Assembly (NCBI GenBank): GCA_963664875.1
Contig: OY761611.1
Span: 1,024,001 to 1,088,000 of the forward strand
Length of the DNA stretch: 64,000 nt
Origin: Candidatus Kapaibacterium sp.
GTDB lineage: Bacteria; Bacteroidota; Ignavibacteria; Kapaibacteriales; UBA2268
Direction of reading: 5' to 3'
The position numbers and the translations under genes were made by a program. Shown here piece by piece: positions 10,276 to 20,962 of the stretch. Every line of letters starts with the position of its first letter. Positions within the stretch are counted from its first letter, which is position 1. Below the pieces are notes generated by a model that did no database searches, was not told the origin of the DNA, and saw only the letters and a program-made list of their open reading frames with translations.

Positions 10276-11238
10276 ATGACAAAAATAAAGATTTTGATAG
10301 TTTTACTTTTCTGTTCTGTGTTTTCTCTCGAAGCAACAGCTCAGGCTTACACTCCTTTCAATTTTATTAGAGAATCTATGAGTGCAAGAAGTGCTGCTTT
10401 GGCCGGTTGTATGGTATCTATGAAAGATGACCCGACGGCTCATTTTTTCAATCCAGCTTCCATTTCTACTGTAGAAAACAATAGATTCGCAGTTACTTTT
10501 CTGAAACATGCTGCTGATATCAATTCAGGAAATGTATCCTTTATTTCGCCTGTTAGCGATGACTCCGATAATACTGCTTATTGGGCAAGCTCTGTAGCAT
10601 ATACTAATTATGGTTCGTTTGAGTATGCAGACATAGACGGCAATAAAAACGGCCAGACTTTTGGTGCTAATAGCTTTGTCTTTTCAGGTACATATTCCAA
10701 CATTTTAGATTCTAATCTATTCTATGGAGTTTCTGCAAAATTTATATACTCTCATCTGGAAGAAGTCAGCTCCGCAGCTTTTGCTTTAGATGCAGGTATC
10801 TTCTATAAGCTGAAAGACGGACGCTCCAATTTTGGATTATCTGTTTTGCATGCCGGAACTCAAGTCTCAAAATATGGCAACGAATCTGAAGATTTGCCAT
10901 TAGATATTAGGATTGGAATGAATCATAGACTGAAAGGGCTGCCTTTGCTTGTCAATGCTTCTTTCCATCACTTAGCAGATGAAACTGATAATTTCACAGA
11001 TAAACTTAAAAATTTTGCTATTGCAGGCGAATTGTATCTTGGTAAAAATATTATGGTCAGACTTGGATATGACAATCAGATTCGTCAATATTCCACTCCG
11101 GATTTTGAAAAAGGTCTTTCAGGTATTTCTGCCGGTTTAGGTATTAAAGGCGATAATTTTACTTTCGATTATGGATTTGCCAGATACGGAAGTGCTGCCA
11201 CATTGCACAGATTCTCTTTAGCTTTCGATATTTTTTAA
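10276..11238 (+). CDS. PorV/PorQ-family T9SS outer-membrane beta-barrel
   Basis: Signal peptide, SARSAALAG, FFNPAS and C-terminal HRFSLAFDIF. Confidence 0.78.
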   Translation: MTKIKILIVLLFCSVFSLEATAQAYTPFNFIRESMSARSAALAGCMVSMKDDPTAHFFNPASISTVENNRFAVTFLKHAADINSGNVSFISPVSDDSDNTAYWASSVAYTNYGSFEYADIDGNKNGQTFGANSFVFSGTYSNILDSNLFYGVSAKFIYSHLEEVSSAAFALDAGIFYKLKDGRSNFGLSVLHAGTQVSKYGNESEDLPLDIRIGMNHRLKGLPLLVNASFHHLADETDNFTDKLKNFAIAGELYLGKNIMVRLGYDNQIRQYSTPDFEKGLSGISAGLGIKGDNFTFDYGFARYGSAATLHRFSLAFDIF

Positions 11239-11254
11239 CCCACTCTGATTTTAT

Positions 11255-11572
11255 ATGAATGACATTCGAATTGCCATTGAGAAAGAGATACAGATCACAA
11301 AAGAAGCTATATCTGAGCTTGAAGAAATAATGCAGCCTGTAGAACCTGATTGTGCCATCGGTGTTATATCAAGAATAGAAGCTATACAAAATCAGGGTGT
11401 CGCGGAACAGTCGTTAAAGCAGGCAAAAGATAAGCTCAATAAATTGGAATATATGCTCAATCAGATTGGAACGGAAAATTTCGGTAAATGCAAACGTTGC
11501 GGAAAGCAAATTCCAATCGAAAGAATCCTCTTTATTCCGGAAAATCCCTTCTGTATAAATTGCACCAAATAG
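11255..11572 (+). CDS. TraR/DksA C4-type zinc-finger protein
   Basis: FGKCKRCGKQIPIERI...CINC after a coiled coil. Confidence 0.88.
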   Translation: MNDIRIAIEKEIQITKEAISELEEIMQPVEPDCAIGVISRIEAIQNQGVAEQSLKQAKDKLNKLEYMLNQIGTENFGKCKRCGKQIPIERILFIPENPFCINCTK

Positions 11573-11590
11573 TTAATTAGGTCTGCCCAA

Positions 11591-11794
11591 ATGGAATGTA
11601 AACAAATTCTGAATCTTAATCGATGTAACTGTAGCTACGATCCATGTACAAGAAAAGGTATCTGTTGCGATTGTGTAGCTCATCATTTAAAATCACGCCA
11701 GCTTCCTGCTTGCTTTTTCCCAACTGACGCGGAAAAAACCTTCAACAGATCATTCGAGCATTTTGCAAAATTAGTATCTGAAGGCAAGATATAA
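11591..11794 (+). CDS. Small Cys-rich protein (DUF6485-like)
   Basis: CNCSYDPCTRKGICCDCVAHH...LPACFF. Confidence 0.7.
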   Translation: MECKQILNLNRCNCSYDPCTRKGICCDCVAHHLKSRQLPACFFPTDAEKTFNRSFEHFAKLVSEGKI

Positions 11795-11930
11795 ATTAGA
11801 TATTGACTCTCAAAAAGCTTAAATCTCTTACAATAAGATTAAATCTATTCCAAGTCAACAATTTTTATAAAGAAGCTACCGTCTCTTATTGTGTATGTTG
11901 TTTATTTGACAATATATTAGGAGATGCAAC

Positions 11931-12197
11931 ATGTTAGCAAATATTAACTCCACGGAAGCATCTTATAATATCAGAGAATCAGAAAGAATAGCTAATGTAA
12001 AAAGTGCTGACAAAGTAGAAAAAGAAATCTCTGCTTTGAATAACAACAAAGAAGATAAGTTAGAGCTTTCTGTCGCTGCTTCAAAAAAATTTGATGCTTT
12101 GAAACCGGCTCCTTTACCGGGGACTAATTACGAACCAAAGGCTGACCCATCAAAGTTGGCAGGTTCCAAAGGAAGTATGGTGGACTCTAAAGCATAA
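11931..12197 (+). CDS. Hypothetical protein, possibly flagellum/motility associated
   Basis: Good RBS (AGGAG), DKLELS internal motif, C-terminal GSMVDSKA and a downstream terminator. Confidence 0.65.
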   Translation: MLANINSTEASYNIRESERIANVKSADKVEKEISALNNNKEDKLELSVAASKKFDALKPAPLPGTNYEPKADPSKLAGSKGSMVDSKA

Positions 12198-12240
12198 TTT
12201 ATTGCTTTTGTTTATCGCTCAAATCTAAAATATTGAATCA

Positions 12241-12282
12241 AAAAAAAACAGAGAACTGTTTTGTTAGCTCTCTGTTTTTTTT
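12241..12282. terminator. Bidirectional intrinsic terminator
   Basis: AAAAAAAACAGAGA ... TCTCTGTTTTTTTT between convergent genes. Confidence 0.75.
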
Positions 12283-12286
12283 ATTA

Positions 12287-13570
12287 TTATTTTGCCAATT
12301 TTATCCATTTGATAAGCTCTTTGAAAGAAGGCTTTTTACCTGTCATCAAGATACCAACCCGATAAACTCTTGCAGCTACCCATACGGCACCTAAAAATGT
12401 ACCTATCATGGCTATTACAGATATTGCAATCTCCCACACAGGCATTGATGTGGCAAACATCCTCACCGGCATCAAAATCGGAGAAAACAGCGGGAAATGC
12501 GATGCTGCAATAGCTAAAGTGCTTTCAGGATTTGTTATCATGGAAGCAAGGAAAAGCATAGGAAATATAATAATCATAGTTACAGGCATTTGCAACTGCT
12601 GAGCATCTTGCTCTTGATCTACTGCTGAGCCAATAGCTGCATACAAGCTTGCAAAAATGAAGTAGCCTGCAATAAAGTAGAACAAAAATCCCAGAATCAT
12701 CCAGATATTAATATCCGGCATTGGTATTTCTCCAAAAAGCATTTGAGCTTGTTGCATCTGCTCTGCATTTACTCCTGTAACTGCAGTTTCTGCCGGTGAT
12801 AAACCTAACATCAGAACAATCGAAGAAAGTACAATCCAAAACATAACCTGAGTTAGCCCTGCAAGTCCTATACCGATTATCTTACCAAACATAATATCAA
12901 AAGGTCTCACTGAAGAAGCAATTACCTCAATGATTCTGTTAGCTTTTTCGTCAATTACCGCCCTTAGCACCATGCCGCCATACATCAGCATCAGGAAGTA
13001 ATTCGCAAAACCAAAGATAAACCCAATCACCGCAAGTATCTCGTTGTTGTCTTCTTCAACTTTTCCTTCTTTGCTGATTTTTTTTGTAATAATCTCAATT
13101 CCTTCGCCCGCATCTTCTAATGTCTGCAAATCTATGCCGGCATTTTTGAGCCTTTCACTCCTGATTACGCTACGCAAAGTAGATTTTAGAGATTGAATAA
13201 AACTAATACCACTACCACCGGTAGAATTAACTTCTACTTTACCTTCTTCGATTACGTTTGAGGGCAAATAGATATAGCCATCGATGGTCTGGTTTTGAGT
13301 TTTTTCTTTTAATTCATCTAAGGTATAAGGAGATTTTGCATAAATAGCCGTATCTGATTCTATTATATCATCATAGAGTATTCCGGTCTCATCCAAAACA
13401 TAAATCTTTTTGGAAATATCATCTTCTGTAGCCATCATAATTATTGTTGGGAGTACCATCAGAGCAGCCATAAGAAGAGGAGCGATAAAGGTGCCGATAA
13501 TGAAACCTTTGGACTTTAATTTCAGCATATATTCGTGCGAAATTATAGTCATAATCTTCGAATTACTCAT
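12287..13570 (-). CDS. ABC-2 transporter permease (NatB/YhaP-like)
   Basis: DEKANRIIEVIASSV...MFGKIIG and multiple TM segments. Confidence 0.88.
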   Translation of the reverse strand: MSNSKIMTIISHEYMLKLKSKGFIIGTFIAPLLMAALMVLPTIIMMATEDDISKKIYVLDETGILYDDIIESDTAIYAKSPYTLDELKEKTQNQTIDGYIYLPSNVIEEGKVEVNSTGGSGISFIQSLKSTLRSVIRSERLKNAGIDLQTLEDAGEGIEIITKKISKEGKVEEDNNEILAVIGFIFGFANYFLMLMYGGMVLRAVIDEKANRIIEVIASSVRPFDIMFGKIIGIGLAGLTQVMFWIVLSSIVLMLGLSPAETAVTGVNAEQMQQAQMLFGEIPMPDINIWMILGFLFYFIAGYFIFASLYAAIGSAVDQEQDAQQLQMPVTMIIIFPMLFLASMITNPESTLAIAASHFPLFSPILMPVRMFATSMPVWEIAISVIAMIGTFLGAVWVAARVYRVGILMTGKKPSFKELIKWIKLAK

Positions 13571-14477
13571 GGCTTACCTCCTTTTTGGAAACAACTTCGA
13601 TAAATATCTCATGCAGACTTGGCTCTTTGGTGTCAAATTTGTAAATGTCAATCTTGTCTGCCAATTCTCTTATTAGTTTTGGAGCCGTAATCAGGTTACT
13701 GTCAAGTGCTATCTCAGCAGTATTTTCAGTCTTATTGAGCACAGTTACACCCGGTATTTTGTGCAAAATTGCAGATGAGCCGTCAAATTCTATATAGGCA
13801 TTGTTTCTGCCAAAGCCTCTTTTTACTTCTGCCACATTTCCATTTAGCACAACCTTGCCTTTGTTAATCAAAAGCATTTCGTCGCACATCTGCTCAACCT
13901 GATGCATTACATGAGTGGACAGAATAATTGTTTTGCCTTGTTCTTTCAGTTCAAGGATAATATTTTTCAACAATTCTGTATTTACAGGGTCAAAACCTGA
14001 AAAAGGTTCGTCGAGAATTATAAAGTCCGGGTCATGCAGTATGGTAGAAATAAACTGAACTTTTTGCTGCATCCCTTTAGAAAGTTCCTGCACCTTTTTG
14101 CCTGCCCAGTCTGAAATATCTAAATGAGCTAACCAAATTTTAGCGCGCTTGTTAGCTTCCGAATGGCTCAAACCTTTAAGCCTTCCAAAATAAACCAGCT
14201 GTTCGATTACTTTAACTTTTTTGTAAAGCCCCCTTTCCTCCGGCAAATATCCAATTTTGTTTTGGAGTTCAGGATTCATCTGCTGATCAAATAATTTGAT
14301 TGTACCACTGTCGGGCATCAAAATATTTGTAATCATTCTAATCATCGTCGTCTTGCCCGCACCATTTGGCCCTAATAATCCAAATATCTTCCCTTGCGGC
14401 ACATCGAAGCTGATGTCATTGTTGGCATTATAATCGCCAAATCTCTTGATGATATTTCTAACCTCAAGAACGTTCAT
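13563..14477 (-). CDS. ABC transporter ATP-binding protein (NatA/YhaQ-like)
   Basis: GPNGAGKTT, LPEERGLY, LSKGMQQK and DEPFSGFDPVN motifs. Confidence 0.92.
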   Translation of the reverse strand: MNVLEVRNIIKRFGDYNANNDISFDVPQGKIFGLLGPNGAGKTTMIRMITNILMPDSGTIKLFDQQMNPELQNKIGYLPEERGLYKKVKVIEQLVYFGRLKGLSHSEANKRAKIWLAHLDISDWAGKKVQELSKGMQQKVQFISTILHDPDFIILDEPFSGFDPVNTELLKNIILELKEQGKTIILSTHVMHQVEQMCDEMLLINKGKVVLNGNVAEVKRGFGRNNAYIEFDGSSAILHKIPGVTVLNKTENTAEIALDSNLITAPKLIRELADKIDIYKFDTKEPSLHEIFIEVVSKKEVSHE

Positions 14478-14884
14478 TTGCTATGACCCCAAAAATTTGA
14501 TAAAATCTCAAATGATCTATAATCAATAGAATCTGCATTTACATGACAAGACACAACTTTACTTGTGTACTTTTTGCCTATTCGTATAGTGCAATAAACT
14601 ACTAAAACATCAAAATTACTAAAATAAAATATATAATTATTTTCCCCAAGAATGTTAAGATATACGAATATATCCGCACATTGTTACATTTATAAAATGA
14701 TGCTTAATCTGATTTTTTCTTCAATACTAATGTTCCTTTTGCAACTCTGTCAGCTGTCAGACGGAATACAAATTTTTTACACATCCGGAATAATAATTAT
14801 GCATAGACATAATTGGAATTGTATAGAATAGATATATCTTATAAATTGCAGGATTGAAATTCGACCATAATTATTATATCTGAC

Positions 14885-15742
14885 GTGATAGAAACTCCTA
14901 TACTACTGATAGCTACGAATAATCCGGAAAATCTGAAACACAACATAGATATTTGCAGGGAAGTCGAAGCTGAACATATTATGTTTTTTGCCAACGGTCC
15001 TCGCTACGCAAATAAAAATGATGCCACAAAGTGCAAAGATATCAGACAAATGAGACATGATTTTGACTGGGGAGCTTTTATAAATACTCGCATCAAACAT
15101 AAACATCTTGGCTACAATGAGATGATGAATGTTGTCATGGAATGGCTCTTTCGGACAAATGAATATGGAATTATCATAAATGACAGATTTAAAGTATCTA
15201 AAGAGTTTATTGTGTTTGCGGATCGTGCCCTAAAGAAATATGCCGGCAATAGAGCCATAATGTCCATATCCTCGTTTGTAAGCGATGAAAAGTTGAATTT
15301 TGAAAGAGATGATTACTTTTTCTCTCACTTTTGTAACAATGAAATTTGGGCTACGTGGAAACGTGCCTGGGATTTATTCGAACCCAAAGGTAGAAATGCC
15401 AAGGACAAAGGACTTAGTGAATTTCTTTCTCTACTTTTTAAAGATGAGACATTAGCTCATAAAACTGCGGAAATGATCAAAGACCACATATACGAAAAAC
15501 CACACAATTGGGATTCACTCTGGCAACTTAATTTGCTCATCAATCAGGGATTGTGTCTTTATCCAAAACACAACCTCAGAACTTCAGATAAAACAGAACC
15601 CGTCAAATTTTTACCGGATTTAGAAAAAGAAATCCCTCCTGATTCCAACTCAGATTATGACAGATATATCGTTTTAGGCGAAAAAGGCAAAAACAAGCTT
15701 ATGGACTTTATCAAAAACTTTCGTGATAAATTTATCGGGTAA
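14885..15742 (+). CDS. GT-A nucleotide-diphospho-sugar transferase-like protein with degenerate catalytic motifs
   Basis: NGPR, DW, WATWKRAW, WDSLW and LYPKHNL follow the order seen in HlpA-like GT-A proteins. Confidence 0.65.
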   Translation: MIETPILLIATNNPENLKHNIDICREVEAEHIMFFANGPRYANKNDATKCKDIRQMRHDFDWGAFINTRIKHKHLGYNEMMNVVMEWLFRTNEYGIIINDRFKVSKEFIVFADRALKKYAGNRAIMSISSFVSDEKLNFERDDYFFSHFCNNEIWATWKRAWDLFEPKGRNAKDKGLSEFLSLLFKDETLAHKTAEMIKDHIYEKPHNWDSLWQLNLLINQGLCLYPKHNLRTSDKTEPVKFLPDLEKEIPPDSNSDYDRYIVLGEKGKNKLMDFIKNFRDKFIG

Positions 15743-15885
15743 GTGTGGAATAATTATAGATGTTTTCAAAATGATTTTTACAATTAACACTCAAAACCAA
15801 TTGTAACCTCCGTTATTTTCGGCAAAGAATACAATTCAAACAAATAAGTAACTCATACAATTTCAATCAGTAAAGTCAGGAATGC

Positions 15886-15930
15886 TTGTCGAGCAGAGAG
15901 TTTTTGTCGAGCAAAGTCGAGGTAAAGTAT
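15886..15930. repeat. REP-like intergenic repeat (copy 1)
   Basis: TTGTCGAGCA occurs twice; GAGCAAAGTCGAGGTAAAGTAT (15909-15930) is the exact reverse complement of 57973-57994. Confidence 0.65.
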
Positions 15931-16184
15931 ATCCCCTTATCATTACAATGTTAAGACTCAATAGTATTTGCTAATGAATGTTATGAACTTACTATCCCTA
16001 TTTCAGACCTCCGCTTTAGGTGTTTGTTTTCTTGTCCATCAAACATAAATTTTCCAAACCCGCCCAAAAAGTATTATATTTGAAATAGCAATTTACATTC
16101 ATGATGCTTGGCATTGGTTACGTTACTACTTCCTCTGCTAATAGCACATTAATAAATACAATCTAGAAATATAGGAATACTGAA

Positions 16185-16373
16185 ATGTCTAAAAAGAAAA
16201 TGAGCTTCGAAGAACAAATAGACAGAATAGAAGAGATTGTCGAAAACCTTGACAGCAGCGAAAAGCCTCTCGAAGAACTTATTGCTGAGTACGAAGAAGC
16301 TATGAAATTGGCAAAAGACTGCCGTGCCTTTCTGGAAAAAGCAGAACAAAAAGTAACTGAAATAAGCAAATAA
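16185..16373 (+). CDS. xseB: Exodeoxyribonuclease VII small subunit
   Basis: SFEEQIDRIEEIVENL...LEELIAEYEEAMKLAKDC...LEKAEQKV. Confidence 0.9.
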   Translation: MSKKKMSFEEQIDRIEEIVENLDSSEKPLEELIAEYEEAMKLAKDCRAFLEKAEQKVTEISK

Positions 16374-16384
16374 TGGCGTCTTCC

Positions 16385-17071
16385 CTATTTGTTTTCCGGA
16401 GAGCATATTACTAATACAAACTCTCCTTTAGCCTGCTTTTGTGTAAATACTTCAAGACATTCCGCAGGAGTGCCTATTACAAATTCTTCGAAAGCTTTGC
16501 TTATTTCCCGTGCAACACAAATCTTCCGTTCCGGTATCGAATTAGTCAAGGTTTCGAGGGTTTTTACTATTTTATGTGGTGATTCATATAGAATTGATGT
16601 AAACTGATGATTGCATACCATCTCAAAAAAGGTCATCCTACCTTTTTTTTGAGGAGGAAAGCCAAAAAATGTGAAATGATGATTAGGAAACCCTGAGGCT
16701 ATCAATGCCGGCACAAATGCAGTTGCTCCGGGCAATGGTACAACTTTTACACCTTCCTCTATCGCTGCAGCAATTATTCTATACCCCGGATCCGAAATCC
16801 CGGGAGTTCCGGCATCACTCGCAAGAGCGACTGATTTTCCGTTCTTGATTGCTTCTACAAGGGAATTAGCTTTTGCCGATTCGTTATGTTGGTGAAGACT
16901 CGTCATTTTTTTATGAGGTATGTTCAAAAGATTTAAGAGCTTTCCTGTTGTTCTTGTGTCTTCGCATGCTATAATATCAGCATTCCCAAGCACATTTACA
17001 GCACGCTGTGTTATATCTTCAAGATTTCCTATCGGAGTAGGCACGATATATAAAGCATTTTCAAGTTGCAT
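16385..17071 (-). CDS. rsmI: 16S rRNA C1402 2'-O-methyltransferase
   Basis: LYIVPTPIGNLEDIT, SDAGTPGISDPG, YESPH and REISK motifs. Confidence 0.95.
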   Translation of the reverse strand: MQLENALYIVPTPIGNLEDITQRAVNVLGNADIIACEDTRTTGKLLNLLNIPHKKMTSLHQHNESAKANSLVEAIKNGKSVALASDAGTPGISDPGYRIIAAAIEEGVKVVPLPGATAFVPALIASGFPNHHFTFFGFPPQKKGRMTFFEMVCNHQFTSILYESPHKIVKTLETLTNSIPERKICVAREISKAFEEFVIGTPAECLEVFTQKQAKGEFVLVICSPENK

Positions 17072-17543
17072 TTTTCTTTTTTGCTCTTAATTGTTTAAAA
17101 AAATCTTTCAACATGGCGGAGGACTCTTCACTCAAAATACCATATTCCACATTGCAGCGATGATTCAACCTATCATCACTTATAATATTAAATAAGCTGC
17201 CACAAGCACCCGTTTTTGGATCTCGGGCAGCTATCATAACATTGTCTATCCTCGAAAGAACAATCGCCCCTGCACACATCGAACATGGCTCTAATGTTAC
17301 ATAAAGAGAACAGCCGATAAGATGTTTGTGACCATAAGCCTTCACTGCTTCGTTTATTGCTATAATCTCAGCATGTGCTAAAGGGTCTTTGAGCTCTTCG
17401 ATTCTGTTGTGTGCCTTAGATATTATCTTATTGTCAAAAGTAATAACTGCACCAATAGGAACATCACCTGTTTTTAAAGACTCTTTTGCTTCAAGCAACG
17501 CTATCCGCATAAAATATTCATGGTCAGGTAGATTCAAAATCAA
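17061..17543 (-). CDS. tadA: tRNA adenosine(34) deaminase
   Basis: AHAE, TLEPCSMCAGA, DPKTGA and FFKQLR motifs. Confidence 0.9.
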   Translation of the reverse strand: MILNLPDHEYFMRIALLEAKESLKTGDVPIGAVITFDNKIISKAHNRIEELKDPLAHAEIIAINEAVKAYGHKHLIGCSLYVTLEPCSMCAGAIVLSRIDNVMIAARDPKTGACGSLFNIISDDRLNHRCNVEYGILSEESSAMLKDFFKQLRAKKKNAT

Positions 17544-18691
17544 ATTTGCCCCATTTTTCTGATGCCGTCAATGATTGTTTCGTCCTTTTTAGCGAAACAC
17601 AAACGCAGCATTGACTTCCCTTCATCTGATTTCCCATAGAAAATTGATGGTGGTATAGTCGCTACTCCGAGTTCTTTTACTAATTTAGTTGCACACTCTA
17701 CATCGTCAGCAAATCCGGCAGGAATATCAACCATAATAAAATAAGATCCAAAAGCGTTATGAGCTTTGAATTTGGTCTTGTCAAGCTCTTCCAACATTAA
17801 ATCTCTTTTTGCTTTATATTCTTTCTGGAATGAAGGCAAATATGTTTCCATCTGACTAAATCCATAAGCCATAGCATGCTGGCCGGGTGTATTCACAGCG
17901 AAAGTCGTCCACTGGTGTACGCCTCTTATAGCCTCTGTGATCTCGGCATTAGCACAAATATATCCAATCTTCCAACCCGTCATTCCAAATGTTTTGCCTG
18001 TTGATGAGACAGTTATAGTTCTGTCTTTCATGCCTTCAATTGTAGCCGTAGGGATATGCATTTTTTCACCGTAAGTCAGGAACTCATATACTTCGTCTGA
18101 AAGCACAAGCAAATCATTTTCGATAGCAATCTTGGCAATACTCTCTAGCTCTTCTTTAGAAAACATTTTTCCTGTCGGATTGTGAGGAGTATTGATTATT
18201 ATCATTTTTGTTTTATCTGTAACTGCTTTTTCCAACTCATCTAATTCAAAAGTGAAGTCAGGTTTTTTCAAAGTTACATATTTAGGAATTCCGCCTGCCA
18301 ATATTACATCAGCTTGATAGGCATCGTAAAACGGCTCGAACATTACGACTTCATCTCCAGCCTCGACAAAGGCATGAACAATACTGTAAAGACCTTCAGT
18401 TGCCCCTGCAGTAATTGTCATTTCAGTCAAAGGGTTCCAATCAAGATTGTAATATTTTTTCTCTATCTCAGCGATATTCTGTTTGAGCGACATTATACCC
18501 GGTGAAGGTGCATATTGATTTTTGCCTTCTTTCATTGCTTGGTAAGCCATTTCAGGTAACCACGCCGGTCCGTCGAAATCAGGAAAGCCCTGTCCCAAAT
18601 TAGTTGCCTGATATTCGAAAGCTAATCTGCTCATAGTAGAAAAAATTGACTCAGGAATACCCGATAGTTTCTTATTGGCATATTTATGCAT
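17540..18691 (-). CDS. Class I/II PLP aminotransferase (YbdL/kynurenine aminotransferase-like)
   Basis: NLGQGFPDF, NTPHNPTG, DEVYE and GKTFGMTGWKIG motifs. Confidence 0.9.
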   Translation of the reverse strand: MHKYANKKLSGIPESIFSTMSRLAFEYQATNLGQGFPDFDGPAWLPEMAYQAMKEGKNQYAPSPGIMSLKQNIAEIEKKYYNLDWNPLTEMTITAGATEGLYSIVHAFVEAGDEVVMFEPFYDAYQADVILAGGIPKYVTLKKPDFTFELDELEKAVTDKTKMIIINTPHNPTGKMFSKEELESIAKIAIENDLLVLSDEVYEFLTYGEKMHIPTATIEGMKDRTITVSSTGKTFGMTGWKIGYICANAEITEAIRGVHQWTTFAVNTPGQHAMAYGFSQMETYLPSFQKEYKAKRDLMLEELDKTKFKAHNAFGSYFIMVDIPAGFADDVECATKLVKELGVATIPPSIFYGKSDEGKSMLRLCFAKKDETIIDGIRKMGQI

Positions 18692-18823
18692 AGTATTTCT
18701 CAAAAATATTTTAATTCGTCTAAGCAAAAATAAAAATAATCGTCGCTATAGAAAAAATTTTCTACTTAAATCATTGTCTATGAATATAATATTATTATCT
18801 TAGTGAAAATTGGAGACACAGGT

Positions 18824-20953
18824 ATGGATTTTGAAAATATTAGCAAGGAAGAGCTGATAAAAGAGATTAGTCAGCTCAAAATGGCTCTTGCAGAACAAGA
18901 ATTGGAAAAGGAAAATAAAATTTCCCGAGATCTGTTTCAATCTCCCAAATCAACTGAGATAACTATTGATATTCCAAACGACGGGCAGGGCAAAATTTTG
19001 CTTGTTGACGATAGCCCCGTTACGTTAAGACTTATAAAAAAGTATTTAGAAAATCAAAACTTCGAAATAGACACAGCTATTAACGGTTTAGAAGCCGTTT
19101 CTAAAATTTACGGACATAATTACGATTTGGTTGTTCTCGACGTTATGATGCCCTTTATGGACGGATTTCAGGTATGTGCAAAGATTCGAGAGGAATACTC
19201 TTTATTCGAGCTGCCCATATTGTTTTTAACTTCTCTCAATGAAATTTCTGAAATAATCAAGGGTTTCAATCTCGGTGCTAACGATTATCTTTCTAAACCC
19301 TTTAAGCAGGAAGAACTTATCGCAAGAGCTAAAACTCTGGTCAAACTAAAAAAACTTACGATGGACAATCTTTACTTGCAGGATTCAGTAGATCAGAAAA
19401 ACAAATTACTTTCTAAACTTCAATCTGAAATTTCGGAAAGAAAAAGAATTGAAAGAGAACTTATTGACGCAAAAAATACTGCTGACGCTGCAAACAAATT
19501 TAAAAGCGAATTTGTTGCTAATATGTCTCATGAAATCAGAACTCCAATGAACGCAATTTTGGGTTTTACAGAACTTCTAAAAAAGCGTGTGGCTCATGAC
19601 GAAAAAAGCAAGGAATATTTGGAAAATGTAAACTCTTCAGGCAAAACTCTATTGAGGCTAATCAATGACATACTTGACCTGTCAAAAATCGAAGCTGATA
19701 AAATAGAATTGCACTATGAGCCTGTAGATCTTAGAAATATAGCGAAAGAAGTGAAAAATATTTTCAGTCTTAAGGTGGAAGAAAAAGGACTTGCTTATAA
19801 AGAAGAGCTTGATACAGAGTTGCCTGTTTTTGTTAGCCTTGACGAGGCCCGCTTCAGACAAGTGATAATAAATTTGATGGGCAATGCAGTAAAATTTACT
19901 GAGAAAGGACACATTGGCTTTAGGATTGAACTAATAAATTCGCATGTTGGTAGAAATAAAATCGATTTTGCGATTGAAGTTATCGACAGTGGCATCGGAA
20001 TACCGAAAGACCAGCAGGATTTGATTTTTGAAGCATTTAAACAGCAGGAAGGTCAAAGCGTAAAAGCTTATGGAGGCACCGGACTGGGACTTGCAATCAC
20101 AAAACGTCTTACAGAGATGATGGGTGGCACTATAAAACTATTTTCAGAGAAAGATAAGGGAAGTACTTTTAGAATAGAGTTTTACAATATCGACATTGCC
20201 GAATCTGACAACATAATTCAGGACACAGCCACTGAAACCATAGACTATGACACTGTTCGATTTAAAAAAGCAAGCATAGTGCTCGCAGACGATGTAGAAC
20301 AAAACAGAATGTTGATTTCTGAATACCTTACCGATTCCGATATCGAAATATTCACTGCAGAAGACGGGCATCAGGTAGTTGACAAAGCTAAAAATAATCT
20401 GCCCGATGTTATTCTCATGGATCTTAAAATGCCTAATCTCGACGGTTATGGTGCAAATCGAGCAATTAAAGCGATACCACATCTAAAAGGAATACCGGTT
20501 ATTGCACTAACAGCTTATGCAATGACCACCGATGTCGAAAAAATTAAGACAGAAGGATTTTCAGGATTTGTCAGCAAGCCTGTGCAAAAAGATAGTCTTT
20601 TTGCAGAACTTATGAAATATTTGCCTTTTGAAATAGTTGCTGTTACTAAAGACGAAGCACAAAATACGTCAAATACAAATGCTGATTTTTCAATTCCAAA
20701 TGCTATCGAGGTCAAACAGCATCTTATTGACAATTTCCTGGGTAAGGCAAAAGAATTAGAAAACGCTCCAATGATAGGTGAAATCAAATCCTTTGGTGAA
20801 AGTCTAAAAGAGTATGCTGAATCAATCAATTTTGACGCTCTAATCAGATACAGTAACGAATTGATTTCCTTTTGTGATCGTTTTATACTCGATAAAATGG
20901 CAGACCATTTAGGCTCATTCGAAAATTTAATCAATCAGATTACCGATAGGTAG
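18824..20953 (+). CDS. Hybrid histidine kinase (REC-HisKA-HATPase-REC)
   Basis: [24 protein letters not shown] and MDLKMP motifs; no TM segments. Confidence 0.93.
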   Translation: MDFENISKEELIKEISQLKMALAEQELEKENKISRDLFQSPKSTEITIDIPNDGQGKILLVDDSPVTLRLIKKYLENQNFEIDTAINGLEAVSKIYGHNYDLVVLDVMMPFMDGFQVCAKIREEYSLFELPILFLTSLNEISEIIKGFNLGANDYLSKPFKQEELIARAKTLVKLKKLTMDNLYLQDSVDQKNKLLSKLQSEISERKRIERELIDAKNTADAANKFKSEFVANMSHEIRTPMNAILGFTELLKKRVAHDEKSKEYLENVNSSGKTLLRLINDILDLSKIEADKIELHYEPVDLRNIAKEVKNIFSLKVEEKGLAYKEELDTELPVFVSLDEARFRQVIINLMGNAVKFTEKGHIGFRIELINSHVGRNKIDFAIEVIDSGIGIPKDQQDLIFEAFKQQEGQSVKAYGGTGLGLAITKRLTEMMGGTIKLFSEKDKGSTFRIEFYNIDIAESDNIIQDTATETIDYDTVRFKKASIVLADDVEQNRMLISEYLTDSDIEIFTAEDGHQVVDKAKNNLPDVILMDLKMPNLDGYGANRAIKAIPHLKGIPVIALTAYAMTTDVEKIKTEGFSGFVSKPVQKDSLFAELMKYLPFEIVAVTKDEAQNTSNTNADFSIPNAIEVKQHLIDNFLGKAKELENAPMIGEIKSFGESLKEYAESINFDALIRYSNELISFCDRFILDKMADHLGSFENLINQITDR

Positions 20954-20962
20954 GAGAATATT

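Noticed and set aside
11800-11930. Sigma-28 promoter for the 88-aa ORF
   Set aside because: TAAA elements are present, but no GCCGATAA-like -10 at the correct spacing
16149-16406. Minus-strand ORFs of 85 and 68 aa
   Set aside because: Antisense to xseB
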